Positions 7,197 to 16,132 of a stretch of DNA of 28,330 bases are shown here, one piece after another. The notes under the pieces are model-generated. The model had not been told where the DNA came from and made no database searches. It was given only the letters and a program-made list of their open reading frames with translations. Origin of the DNA: a virus. Every line of letters begins with the position of its first letter. Positions within the stretch are counted from its first letter, which is position 1. The translations under genes and the position numbers were made by a program. The stretch lies in IMG/VR virus record IMGVR_UViG_3300028925_003959, one strand, 5' to 3'.

Positions 7197-8111
7197 TTAC
7201 GATACAAATACTACATCTGCACCAATTCCAACTTGAGTTCCTCCCGTGAATCTTGCGATTAAACGAGTATTCAAACTTCCTACGTGAGATTGGTCAAGTA
7301 ATTGAATGTTAGTTGAGTCTGAAATTAAATCAGTCCCAAAGAATAAGTTAGACTTTTCAGCACAAACTAACTTATCGTCTTCTGCACCGTTGCATACTGC
7401 AAGTTTTATTCCTTCAAAAACTGCATCATAATCACCATTCATTGAATAAGCATTTACATAACCTAAAGCTGAAATAGCTGAGATGTATAATCTGTAAGAC
7501 TTTGGACTCATATAGATGTAAAGGTCTTCTTTCGTATAAACGTTAGAAGGAATAGCTGCTGTTGCTGCTTGTAAGTTAGCGATAATGTTTGCTGCTGTGA
7601 ACGCTGTTCCTGCTCCACCGTCATTAGCTACATCAATTACTGTTGCATCTACTACAAGTCTTCCTACTGCTGCTGTAGTCAATCCTGTAAAAGAACCTCC
7701 TGTTGCATCATTTCCTGACCATATAGCGTTTTCAACTCCTTGAGAAATTCTACCTGCTAAGTGAGAAATTAAGTAGTCGTCAAATGATGCCGGTGCCGGT
7801 GCTCCTGCTCCTGCTCTCATCTCTAAACTTTCCCAAGAATCCAATAAGTTTTTTGAACAAATTTCCATATTAACTTGTAGGTCTTTTGGAGTGATGATTG
7901 CTTCAGTAAGAACTAATGTTCCTGCTGTTGTGAAATCGCACGTGCTGTCCGCCATCTCTGAACCGGATTCCATTTTCTGAATTACTGCTTTATACTTCAC
8001 GTTTTCCATTGAAGTCATAAAGTTTAAAGAGTTAGCTTCTTTTAAAGCTGCTGATACGTAAAAGCCGGCTGCTTTCCCCGCGAACGTGCTAGTTACTGTT
8101 GGTAATGCCAT
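7197..8111 (-). CDS. Major capsid protein (HK97-fold type)
   Basis: 304 aa, preceded by an acidic scaffold-like gene. Composition and length are typical of HK97-like capsid proteins. It follows the XkdF-like protease and scaffold block. Confidence 0.7.
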   Translation of the reverse strand: MALPTVTSTFAGKAAGFYVSAALKEANSLNFMTSMENVKYKAVIQKMESGSEMADSTCDFTTAGTLVLTEAIITPKDLQVNMEICSKNLLDSWESLEMRAGAGAPAPASFDDYLISHLAGRISQGVENAIWSGNDATGGSFTGLTTAAVGRLVVDATVIDVANDGGAGTAFTAANIIANLQAATAAIPSNVYTKEDLYIYMSPKSYRLYISAISALGYVNAYSMNGDYDAVFEGIKLAVCNGAEDDKLVCAEKSNLFFGTDLISDSTNIQLLDQSHVGSLNTRLIARFTGGTQVGIGADVVFVS

Positions 8112-8125
8112 AATTGTTTATTTTT

Positions 8126-8770
8126 TTAGTTATTTAAGTTATATAAGAATCGCTCTTGTGAGGTCATCATTTTTAATTGTTTCTTGCTAAGAGATGTTTT
8201 CTCAGAGCTAAATTTATTTGTATCTAAAGGTGCTGATGCAGGTTGTGCTGCTAACTCAGTCTTTAGTCTATCGTTTTCTGCTTGTAAGTCTTCCATTGAG
8301 AACTCAACTACTTCTGTAGTCTTAATAGATTTTGGAGTTGTACCTCTAACCTCTACATCTTCTTCAACTGACATTTCTTCAACTTCTTCCTCTACTTCTT
8401 TTTCTTCTCCTTTAAGACTAGCTACTGCATCTTCTAAGTTTTGGATTCTTTTCTCCATACCTGCCCAATCAGCAACGTCAGCTTCTTCTGCCATTTCAGC
8501 TTCTTCTTCAACGTCTTCTGCACCAAAAACTTCATCAACAATACCTTCTTCAGAAACTGAAAAAGATTCTCCTGATTCTAATACGTAATTTCCAACAGGT
8601 AAAAGCATAACAGAACCATCTTCAGTAAGAACTGAGATATCTACTCCTGCAATTAATTCGTCAGCTGTAGAAGTGATAATTGTACCATCTTCTAATTTAG
8701 CTTGAAAAGCCATTAAGACTTCTTCTTTGTCAAGTCCAAGTGCTACTAATATTTGATTTTTTAAATCCAT
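8126..8770 (-). CDS. Scaffolding protein candidate (highly acidic)
   Basis: Glu/Asp-rich core (EDVEEEAEMAEEADV, EEKEVEEEVEEMSVEEDVEV) plus coiled-coil-like segments (RIQNLEDAVASLK, ENDRLKTELA). It lies immediately upstream of the capsid gene. Confidence 0.6.
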   Translation of the reverse strand: MDLKNQILVALGLDKEEVLMAFQAKLEDGTIITSTADELIAGVDISVLTEDGSVMLLPVGNYVLESGESFSVSEEGIVDEVFGAEDVEEEAEMAEEADVADWAGMEKRIQNLEDAVASLKGEEKEVEEEVEEMSVEEDVEVRGTTPKSIKTTEVVEFSMEDLQAENDRLKTELAAQPASAPLDTNKFSSEKTSLSKKQLKMMTSQERFLYNLNN

Positions 8771-8801
8771 AATCTTTTTATAGTTTTGTTTTTAGTTCTG
8801 T

Positions 8802-8813
8802 TATATAATAGAA
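8802..8813 (-). promoter_or_regulatory. Conserved late motif copy 4: TTCTATTATATA, 31 nt upstream of ATG 8770
   Basis: Exact 12-mer in the divergent intergenic region 8771..8873. Confidence 0.55.
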
Positions 8814-8839
8814 TAGTTATTGTTCTGTTTGGTTTTTGT

Positions 8840-8869
8840 TTTGTTATTTGATTTATTTTGTTATATTTG
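8840..8869 (+). promoter_or_regulatory. Host-type (TTTG / TAnnTTTG) promoter for the lone plus-strand ORF
   Basis: TATATTTG at 8862..8869 fits TAnnTTTG exactly. TTTG at 8840..8843 lies 18 nt upstream. The ATG at 8874 follows 4 nt after the box and a second ATG is at 8883. Confidence 0.5.
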
Positions 8870-8873
8870 CACT

Positions 8874-9080
8874 ATGAAAAAAATGTATTTAGTAGGAGAA
8901 GTAAACCAACAGCAGACTAATTGGGATTTTTGCGGTATTTATTCTACTGAAAAACTTGCCCTTAAAAGGTGTGTAACTGAAAATCATTTTTTAGCTAGAG
9001 TTGAATTAGATTATTATGTGCCTATTGAAAAGAGCAAGTTCAAGTATTCCTACTATCCTTTGCTAGAAGATAAGCCTTAA
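8874..9080 (+). CDS. Only plus-strand gene: small hypothetical protein (68 aa, MKKMYLVGEVNQQQTNWDF...), moron-like
   Basis: The track ORF 8820..9080 begins at a TTG, and I trim it to the first ATG (8874). It has its own promoter-like signal. Its stop (9078..9080) is 2 nt from the stop (9083..9085) of the convergent minus-strand gene. No family recognised. Confidence 0.5.
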   Translation: MKKMYLVGEVNQQQTNWDFCGIYSTEKLALKRCVTENHFLARVELDYYVPIEKSKFKYSYYPLLEDKP

Positions 9081-9082
9081 GT

Positions 9083-9517
9083 TTATTTTATTTGTGAAGC
9101 TTTAGATACTATCTTCATTCTAGCATCTTCTAATTGTTTTCTTACTTTTAATCCTTCAGAATAAAATTTATTAGCAGAAGCAATACTTTTTTGACTTGAA
9201 GGATTAATACCTAATTCTTTTAAAGCTTTCTCCATTTTAGAAACTATATCCCCTAGTTCAACCACAACTTTATTTGCTGTCCTTTCGTGTATTTTCATAG
9301 TTGCAACTGCACCATCTACACTACCTAATATTGATAATAGATTTTTACTTTCCTTTACAGATTCAGCACTTTCCTTTATTACTTGTTCTACTTTTTTTCT
9401 TGCTTTCTCTACATCATCACCTAATCCCAACTCAACCTTTTCAGACTTCAGTTCAGTTTTAGATTCTTGCATTAGCTTATTTAAAGCACTTATTATTTGT
9501 TTGTTCGTTGGTTTCAT
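9083..9517 (-). CDS. Coiled-coil head-module protein, paralog of 10414..10872 and of the C-terminus of 9527..10414
   Basis: Shared landmarks are KVELGLGDDVEKA and ALKELGINPS. Compare RIELGLANDIKST / SKELGIDVND in 10414..10872 and KVDLSINDDINKP / AKELGVSSD in the C-terminus of 9527..10414. Confidence 0.6.
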   Translation of the reverse strand: MKPTNKQIISALNKLMQESKTELKSEKVELGLGDDVEKARKKVEQVIKESAESVKESKNLLSILGSVDGAVATMKIHERTANKVVVELGDIVSKMEKALKELGINPSSQKSIASANKFYSEGLKVRKQLEDARMKIVSKASQIK

Positions 9518-9526
9518 ATTATACGT

Positions 9527-10414
9527 TTAAAGTAATTTTTGTATTTGTTTTACTATATTAGAAGACTCCTTAGCTCCTGTTTCTGCTTCTGTTAATTTTG
9601 AAGAAAATAATTTAACTATATCTGAACTAACTCCTAATTCTTTAGCTTTTGTAACTCCTATTGCAGCTTCTTTTGCAGCTTTATTGAAATCACTAGCAGC
9701 ACTATCAGCTACACCTGCTGCATCTCTTAGTCCGTTTTTAATATTAGCAAAAGCAGTTCTAGCTTTTTCTAGTGGCTTATTTATGTCGTCATTAATACTT
9801 AAATCAACCTTCTGAACACTTAGCAACTCTTTTATTGCATTCCTTACTTCTTCGTCTGTAAATTCTTTCTTCTTGTTCATTTGTTCAAATTTATTAGTAA
9901 AATAGCCTTCTATTGAAAGACCTTTAAGTTCTCCGTTTTTTATCTTAGACCAAATTTCATCATTTGAAATAGATAACTTAACCATCCAAGTTCCCACAGG
10001 AAGCGAATAGCCATATAAAGTAGACTTATCTAATTTAGTGTCTTCTATAATCCAAGACTCAACTGTAAGTATTCCTGAAACTCTATCTTGATGTTGGTAT
10101 GTCGCCTTATGGTGATTGTTATGCTTTAAATACAATTCAGAAGCCTTCTGTACTGTTTCTTTTGAAAAGTAAACATAGTAGTCCGAATCGGTGTTTGGGT
10201 CGTGTCTAAAGATTTGCTTGTTAGGAATCAAAGCAGGAGAAATTAACATTCTCTTTTCTTCATCAACCTTTGCAAATGTTAAGTTGTTTTTCTCTTTACC
10301 AAAGAATACAAAGTCTTGCTCAATAGCAGGACTAGTTACTAAGCTAATAGCATCAATAGCTAATTCTTCAGAATCATCTGCAATTACAAGTTCTACTATT
10401 TTAGTTGCTTTCAT
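9527..10414 (-). CDS. XkdF-like putative prohead protease with a C-terminal coiled-coil module
   Basis: Segment-by-segment resemblance to B. subtilis PBSX XkdF as I recall it: ISLVTSPAIEQDFVFFGK, EKRMLISPALIPN, TVESWIIE and GTWMVKLSISNDEIWSKIKNGELKGLSIEG. Confidence 0.7.
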   Translation of the reverse strand: MKATKIVELVIADDSEELAIDAISLVTSPAIEQDFVFFGKEKNNLTFAKVDEEKRMLISPALIPNKQIFRHDPNTDSDYYVYFSKETVQKASELYLKHNNHHKATYQHQDRVSGILTVESWIIEDTKLDKSTLYGYSLPVGTWMVKLSISNDEIWSKIKNGELKGLSIEGYFTNKFEQMNKKKEFTDEEVRNAIKELLSVQKVDLSINDDINKPLEKARTAFANIKNGLRDAAGVADSAASDFNKAAKEAAIGVTKAKELGVSSDIVKLFSSKLTEAETGAKESSNIVKQIQKLL

Positions 10415-10872
10415 TATAGGTTAGCTTGTAGTTTTGCTATAGCACCTAAAGTATCATCAGCAGCAGCCTTATATCCATCAGCATTATCTACTAAATCTTC
10501 TAGATTTCGATAACCAGGAATATCATTAACATCTATACCTAATTCTTTAGATAATTTCTCTGCTGTTCTCAATAAGTCTATAGCTTTATTTTCAAGGCCA
10601 TCTACAGGCTTGAATTTACCTTCTAAGTCATTATAATTTCTATCAAGAGCTTTAGATGCTAAATCCAATTCAGTTCTTACTTCCTCAACTATATCGGCAG
10701 CTTCTTTTTGAGAAGCATTTAGTTCAGTTAAAGCTTTTTCTAAAGCATCCTCTGTTGATTTTATATCATTTGCTAGCCCTAATTCAATTCTTGTAACTTT
10801 ATTTAAATTAAATTTTGCAACTGCTTCTGTATATTCTTTGTAGGTTTTTCCGAATGGTGTTGGCTTGTTCAT
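10414..10872 (-). CDS. Coiled-coil head-module protein (paralog family, see 9083..9517)
   Basis: 152 aa, helical and acidic. It carries the RIELGLANDIKST and LSKELGIDVND landmarks. ATG at 10870..10872, 22 nt downstream of the conserved 12-mer. Confidence 0.6.
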   Translation of the reverse strand: MNKPTPFGKTYKEYTEAVAKFNLNKVTRIELGLANDIKSTEDALEKALTELNASQKEAADIVEEVRTELDLASKALDRNYNDLEGKFKPVDGLENKAIDLLRTAEKLSKELGIDVNDIPGYRNLEDLVDNADGYKAAADDTLGAIAKLQANL

Positions 10873-10894
10873 AGTTTTTATTTAAGGTTTGTAA

Positions 10895-10906
10895 TATATA
10901 ATAGAA
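10895..10906 (-). promoter_or_regulatory. Conserved late motif copy 3: TTCTATTATATA, 22 nt upstream of ATG 10872
   Basis: Exact 12-mer in the 54-nt gap after the tape-measure-like gene. Confidence 0.55.
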
Positions 10907-10926
10907 ATTAAGTTCCTTTGTTTGAT

Positions 10927-12576
10927 TTATATTGTTGCCCTTCTTCTAATGTTTGCTAATTGATTCTGACTGTTACTCATCTCGTCAGTTACTACATAAG
11001 CCTTAGTAGCTTCAGGGGCTACTCCTCCTGATATATCAAAAGCTCCTGACATCATTTGAGGTGATGGTGTTTGTGGTGCTACTGGTGCAGAACCTCCTCC
11101 TCCTTCACCTCCTGGAACGTCTGTTGCTAATATAGTCTTTACATTATTAAGTCCTGCTGCTATTACTGCTGCTCCTGTTACGAATCCTACAGTACCACCT
11201 TGAGCAAAGGCTTTATTAGCTCCTACATAAGTATCTATTACGGCACTTGCTACGGCTAAAGCTTTGTTATCTCCTGCTAATGCACTTAATGCTCCTGCAA
11301 GTCCTGAGAACGCTTCTAACTGAGCATTCATATTAGCCTTAACTACTTCAGTCTTTTGTTTCTCATATTGTTTAGTAATAGCTAGAGTTTTCACTCCTGC
11401 CTTATCAGCCATTGCTACTTTTAAGTCATAAGCGTCCTCAAGTTCTTGTAATTCTTTTTGTAACCCTGAAAGACCTTCTGCTCTTATTCCCTTTTGTGTT
11501 TCAGCTAATTCTTTTTCTAAACTTACTTGATTTGTTTTTTGTTCTGACAACTGACCTGTAATAGTTTCTTCAAGTTCAAGTTGTGCATTCTGAGCTTCCA
11601 TTAAAGCTAACCTATTTTCATCATTTCCGTTCTGTTGTACTGCTAAAGCTGCTGCTGTTACTTGTTTCTGTATTTGGTCAGACTGAAGTTTCTGTTGTTC
11701 TTCTAATGATTTTTTTAAGTCTTTATTGGCTTGTATCCTTTCAGCAAAAGTCTTTGTTTCATCATCTCTAATTTGTCTAAGTAATTCTGCCTCTCTTAGT
11801 TTTTCAGCGTTTAACTTTGCAAATTCTGCTTGAGCAAATTTAGCCGCTTTAACTGCTGCTGTTGTAGCCTCTGCTTGTTCATAATTAGCTTTTATTGAAA
11901 TCTTACTTATACCCTCAGAAGCCTTTTCATATATATCTCCTATCTCACCTATTGCATCCCCTATATTGTTTACAATATCTTTTCCTGCATCTACAGCTGC
12001 TATTGCTACTTCTGCTAAGTTCGTTTTAGTTAATTTTATTTCTTCTCTAAGTTCTGCAATTTTACCTTTATCACCACCACCCAATGCACTATCTTCCCAA
12101 GCTAAAGTTAATTGTTGTATTCCTAATTTAAGTCCGTAAAAAGCAAGCTTCAAAGGAGTTAATGCAAGCGTAACTATTCCAGACAAAACTTTTCCTAGTC
12201 CATCAAATCGGTCTGAGCTTTCCGTTACCCAAGAAACAACGTCTGTTAATACTGTAACAACTTGATTGAAAGTAGTAGAAATAGTAGACATTACTGTTTC
12301 CATTAAGTCCATAGCTTTTTGATTCCTTTCAACTGCTTCTTTAAGTGCTACAAATAAAGCAATAATCAATCCTATTCCTGCTGCCTTTAAAGCTAATCCT
12401 ACTCCTTTAATTGCAGTACCCATTCCTTTAAAACCTTTTGAAGCTGTCTTAGTTGCTCCATCAACTTTTTTAGTTTCATCAGCTAATTTTCCTACTGACT
12501 TAGTAGCACTATCAATACCTTTTGATACCTCGCCAATATTTGACTTAACTTCCATTTCTAATACTTCCTTTGCCAT
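10927..12576 (-). CDS. Tape-measure-like protein (or internal/ejection protein)
   Basis: 549 aa with long Ala/Lys/Glu/Gln coiled-coil stretches and two hydrophobic segments (GVGLALKAAGIGLIIALFVAL, LSGIVTLALTPLKLAFYGL). The C-terminus is Gly-rich (GGEGGGGSAPVAPQ). Confidence 0.55.
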   Translation of the reverse strand: MAKEVLEMEVKSNIGEVSKGIDSATKSVGKLADETKKVDGATKTASKGFKGMGTAIKGVGLALKAAGIGLIIALFVALKEAVERNQKAMDLMETVMSTISTTFNQVVTVLTDVVSWVTESSDRFDGLGKVLSGIVTLALTPLKLAFYGLKLGIQQLTLAWEDSALGGGDKGKIAELREEIKLTKTNLAEVAIAAVDAGKDIVNNIGDAIGEIGDIYEKASEGISKISIKANYEQAEATTAAVKAAKFAQAEFAKLNAEKLREAELLRQIRDDETKTFAERIQANKDLKKSLEEQQKLQSDQIQKQVTAAALAVQQNGNDENRLALMEAQNAQLELEETITGQLSEQKTNQVSLEKELAETQKGIRAEGLSGLQKELQELEDAYDLKVAMADKAGVKTLAITKQYEKQKTEVVKANMNAQLEAFSGLAGALSALAGDNKALAVASAVIDTYVGANKAFAQGGTVGFVTGAAVIAAGLNNVKTILATDVPGGEGGGGSAPVAPQTPSPQMMSGAFDISGGVAPEATKAYVVTDEMSNSQNQLANIRRRATI

Positions 12577-12587
12577 AGTTTTATTTT

Positions 12588-13445
12588 TTAAAGTGCTACT
12601 CCTGTTTTAATTTGTGTCATTCTTATTGTAGTTGCCCACATTAAATCTCTGTTATTAGCTCCTTTTACTGTCTGAACAAGATTAGTACCTGAAACAGATA
12701 TATCACTAATCCATCCTGCTGTAGAACCTGAATTTGCTATTATAACTCTTGTCTTGTCTATACTTAGCACTCCTGATTTATTAATAGCAACCCCTGTTTC
12801 TATAAATGCTTTGAAATCACCAACTGCTCCTGCTCCTGTTCCACCTATTCTTACAGCTACAGTTTCAGTTTGGAAAGCTACTATCGTGTTATCAGGAATA
12901 ACAAAATAACTATCCGTTGTATTATTTAAGTAACTATCTACTACACTATTATCTGTAGTTTCAGTTCCATATAATACAGTAATTGATTGTCTTTCACCTA
13001 AAGAGTCCGTTCCTGAATTACCCCCCAAGACTATAGAATTATCAGCTGTAGCCTCTCCTAAAGTGCCTGATACGTTAGCATTGTTTACTCCATTAGCTAT
13101 TTCGTTTTGATTACCTGTTATTATGCTATTTCTTGAGAATCCTCTTACTGTGTTATTCTCGCCCATTACTAAGGTATTGTTAGTACCTGTTTGAGTTGAA
13201 TTACCTGTTCCGAAAGTCTTATTGTTTTCGTTAGCTACTGCTCTGTTTAGATTTGTATTGTATCTAAATGTTGAGCAAGTACCTGTTACTTTATTATATG
13301 TATATCCGTAAGCCTCACATTGTAATTGATTAGGGATTACGTCATTTTTTCCGTCAGTAAATGTTACTGTTCCAAGTGCTGAAATTGAAGCAGGTTTTAC
13401 TGTGAATCCTGTTATGTATGGTATTGATATCGTAGGTGCTGCCAT
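12588..13445 (-). CDS. Tail fibre / receptor-binding protein candidate with short Asn/Gly repeats
   Basis: Repeating N-x-(I/V/L)-x-x-G units: NNTLVMGENNTVRG, NSIITGNQNEIANG, NNANVSGTLG, NSIVLGGNSG. They resemble YadA-head or fibre-type beta-roll repeats. Confidence 0.45.
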   Translation of the reverse strand: MAAPTISIPYITGFTVKPASISALGTVTFTDGKNDVIPNQLQCEAYGYTYNKVTGTCSTFRYNTNLNRAVANENNKTFGTGNSTQTGTNNTLVMGENNTVRGFSRNSIITGNQNEIANGVNNANVSGTLGEATADNSIVLGGNSGTDSLGERQSITVLYGTETTDNSVVDSYLNNTTDSYFVIPDNTIVAFQTETVAVRIGGTGAGAVGDFKAFIETGVAINKSGVLSIDKTRVIIANSGSTAGWISDISVSGTNLVQTVKGANNRDLMWATTIRMTQIKTGVAL

Positions 13446-16132
13446 TATGGTATAAGTATAAATTCAACTGTTGCTAAGTCGTTAGGCTTGTAGTCTATTT
13501 TGTTCACTCTAAAGACTCTATTTTTAATAAAGACTCTATCGTTAAACTTGAACGTATTAATATCAGCAGGACTAAGATTTACTTTAAGAGTCATAGTCCT
13601 AGTATTTGGATTGTAAAGCTCTGAGTAGTAAGGAAGCCAATATAAATTGAACAAGTTATTTACTGTAGAAACTTGATTACCTAGTAGCTGACATTCGCCA
13701 AAGTGGAAATCTCTTGCTGCTGAAATTGATAATCCTGAATCTTTAATATGACTAAACTGTAAGTAGTTATATTCGTTAGAACTTACTACACCGTTCTGTT
13801 CAGGTATATAATAAGAAGTTCCTGTAGATTTTATTCCGTTATTATACATAATTCTAGGACTATTTTCAAACCCTTCTTCAATATCATTATTTATAGCATA
13901 AATAGCAGGAGTTATAAATGAAGGATATTGACTCATTAAAGCTTTAACTATTGTAGCTGCAAAAGGTTCTGCAATTATTTCTTTTTCACCATCCAATATG
14001 TTAAATTCATTACCTGAATTAAACTTCTTACTTCCGTATAAATGACCGCCTACTTGATTCTTATAATTATTAAAAGCATAATCATCATCATCTTCAACAA
14101 ACTTAAATATTGTCTTTTTATTAAGGTCTGTTAAAGGTGTTAATTTTATTTCTGAAACATCTATCTTATCAGTCCAATCGTGCTGAATTCCTCTATTAGC
14201 TAAAGTTGCTCCTGCTGTTGCTGTTGGTATAAATACATCAGTATAAGGTTCTATTAAAATATTGTTAGGATTATCTTCATCTACTAAAGTTACTAAGTTA
14301 AACATAGTAATAAGACCTTTTAAGAAATCCCATTGTCCTAGTTCTCCTCTTAGGTTTTGTAGTAGTGAATCAGTTGTTGCTAATCCCTGACCTATACTAG
14401 CTATTATATTATCATTGATATAAGGATATTGCCAATAAGAATTTAATGAATCTGCCTTATATTCTACTTGTAGCGTGTCCCCTTGTTGTAAAAGTACATT
14501 TTGAGAAATATCTAATGATACATATGCAGTACTATTACTATAAATAGAACCATACACATTTAAAACATTTCCTGCACTATCTTTGTGTGTTAGTCTAATT
14601 GTAGCACCCCACCCTGAAACTTGACCAATAGCTACGTGAGTTTCTAAATTATATTGCGTATTATTATTTAGTGCTTCAAATCTATGATTTACACTATCAT
14701 AATTTAAGTCTGCTGAGAAATTACTAACATCATTTAATTGAAAATTTTGGTATGTAGTTGTAGCATAAATAACAGGTGGTACAAATGACGCTAAATTATA
14801 ATATCCAATAGTTGGAGTTGTACTAGTGTCATTAGCACCCCAATTAAAGTCCATAAATAACTTCTTGAAGTCTGTAGTATCAAAGAAAGCTGATTCATAA
14901 GTGAAGTCTGTTGCTTCAAATATTCTATCTACTAAATACTTTATATTAATGAAAGGTCTGAATATTTGCTCTAAAGATGTGTACTGAGGATTGCCATCTG
15001 TAGGTCCTGCACCTCCTGAAGGGTTATCTGCTACAATAATCTGATGATCCCAATCAACAAATGGATATTTAACTGTGCTATAAGCATCTCTAAATCCTGA
15101 AGTACTTGGATTTGTATAAGCTATTCCTGTTGTTGCATCATTCCAACTATTCTTAATTTGTGTTCTATTATATTCGTGTTCAATTTCTGTAAAGTCTAAA
15201 TCTCTAAATACTCTATCTTGTAAGGTATCTGCTAAAGCTATGACCTCTGAATATAAATTCACATTATAACTTATCTCGCCTTCTTTATCTGTTACGTCTA
15301 GCATTCTTAAATAGCCTTCAAATAGAATAAAGCCATCTTGTTTTAAAACGCATTTAGTCTTTTTATAAGGGTTAAAGATTAGTCCGTCATTTTCCCTTGT
15401 TACTTCAAATATAGCATTGAATATTTTATTGTTTCTTTTAGTAGAAGGTAAGTTAAAAGCCTTTGAATACGACTGTACTTTCTCAGCTACGTTCTTAAAG
15501 TCATCTACACTAAGAGTCAAAGGTAAGTCTTCATCTTCATAAAGGTCGCATATTATTTGTCCATCTTCTAGTAATTGAATAGCTCCAGAAGGAGAAATTC
15601 CTGCTGCCGTTACTCCTATTGTATTTATTTGAATAAGATTTGCAATAGATATATATTTAGAGTCTATTAATATAGTATCTTGTGTTGAGTTTGCTGTAAA
15701 TTGTAAGGTCTGAGTTCCTGAAGATAACGAGTGTGTACTTTGTAAAGTCGTTCCTGAAAATACTAATAGCCTTGCTGCACCAACTAATACACCTACATTT
15801 ACTTCTACATCATAAACAGCACCAATAGTAAGATTTGAAAGTTTCTGAATGATTCCGTTTTGTTCTCCTGCTCCTGAAGCTATCCTTAAAAAACTTCCTG
15901 TTTCATATACGTTTGTACTATCTGTATCATAATAACGATACCAAGTATTTACCGCCATTATTGAATTGTAGTAGCTAATTGCTCCCTGTGCTAATGTAGT
16001 AGCTATTGCAGTATTTGCTGAAGCGTTTACATTATTAAAGTTTATACCATCTACAAAAAATTGATTAGAAGTATTACTAGAGTTTGTTAAACCGTCATAG
16101 CTCTGAGGATATACTATTAATTGAACACTCAT
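13445..16132 (-). CDS. Large tail/baseplate protein (895 aa), possible tail-associated or host-recognition protein
   Basis: It is the largest ORF, beta-rich and Asn/Thr/Ser-rich, and is coupled by TAATG overlaps to both neighbours. Function is inferred from size and neighbourhood only. Confidence 0.35.
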   Translation of the reverse strand: MSVQLIVYPQSYDGLTNSSNTSNQFFVDGINFNNVNASANTAIATTLAQGAISYYNSIMAVNTWYRYYDTDSTNVYETGSFLRIASGAGEQNGIIQKLSNLTIGAVYDVEVNVGVLVGAARLLVFSGTTLQSTHSLSSGTQTLQFTANSTQDTILIDSKYISIANLIQINTIGVTAAGISPSGAIQLLEDGQIICDLYEDEDLPLTLSVDDFKNVAEKVQSYSKAFNLPSTKRNNKIFNAIFEVTRENDGLIFNPYKKTKCVLKQDGFILFEGYLRMLDVTDKEGEISYNVNLYSEVIALADTLQDRVFRDLDFTEIEHEYNRTQIKNSWNDATTGIAYTNPSTSGFRDAYSTVKYPFVDWDHQIIVADNPSGGAGPTDGNPQYTSLEQIFRPFINIKYLVDRIFEATDFTYESAFFDTTDFKKLFMDFNWGANDTSTTPTIGYYNLASFVPPVIYATTTYQNFQLNDVSNFSADLNYDSVNHRFEALNNNTQYNLETHVAIGQVSGWGATIRLTHKDSAGNVLNVYGSIYSNSTAYVSLDISQNVLLQQGDTLQVEYKADSLNSYWQYPYINDNIIASIGQGLATTDSLLQNLRGELGQWDFLKGLITMFNLVTLVDEDNPNNILIEPYTDVFIPTATAGATLANRGIQHDWTDKIDVSEIKLTPLTDLNKKTIFKFVEDDDDYAFNNYKNQVGGHLYGSKKFNSGNEFNILDGEKEIIAEPFAATIVKALMSQYPSFITPAIYAINNDIEEGFENSPRIMYNNGIKSTGTSYYIPEQNGVVSSNEYNYLQFSHIKDSGLSISAARDFHFGECQLLGNQVSTVNNLFNLYWLPYYSELYNPNTRTMTLKVNLSPADINTFKFNDRVFIKNRVFRVNKIDYKPNDLATVEFILIP

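Noticed and set aside
8184-8588. 134-aa plus-strand ORF antisense to the scaffold gene
   Set aside because: It is the Ser/Thr-rich mirror image of the GAA/GAG-rich acidic repeats. It is low complexity, lies entirely inside a well-supported minus-strand gene, and has no promoter-like signal.
8820-8873. TTG-initiated 18-aa extension of the plus-strand ORF (MFCLVFVLLFDLFCYICT)
   Set aside because: It would begin upstream of the ORF's own promoter-like TAnnTTTG box and consists of T-rich promoter sequence. The first ATG, at 8874, is the sensible start.
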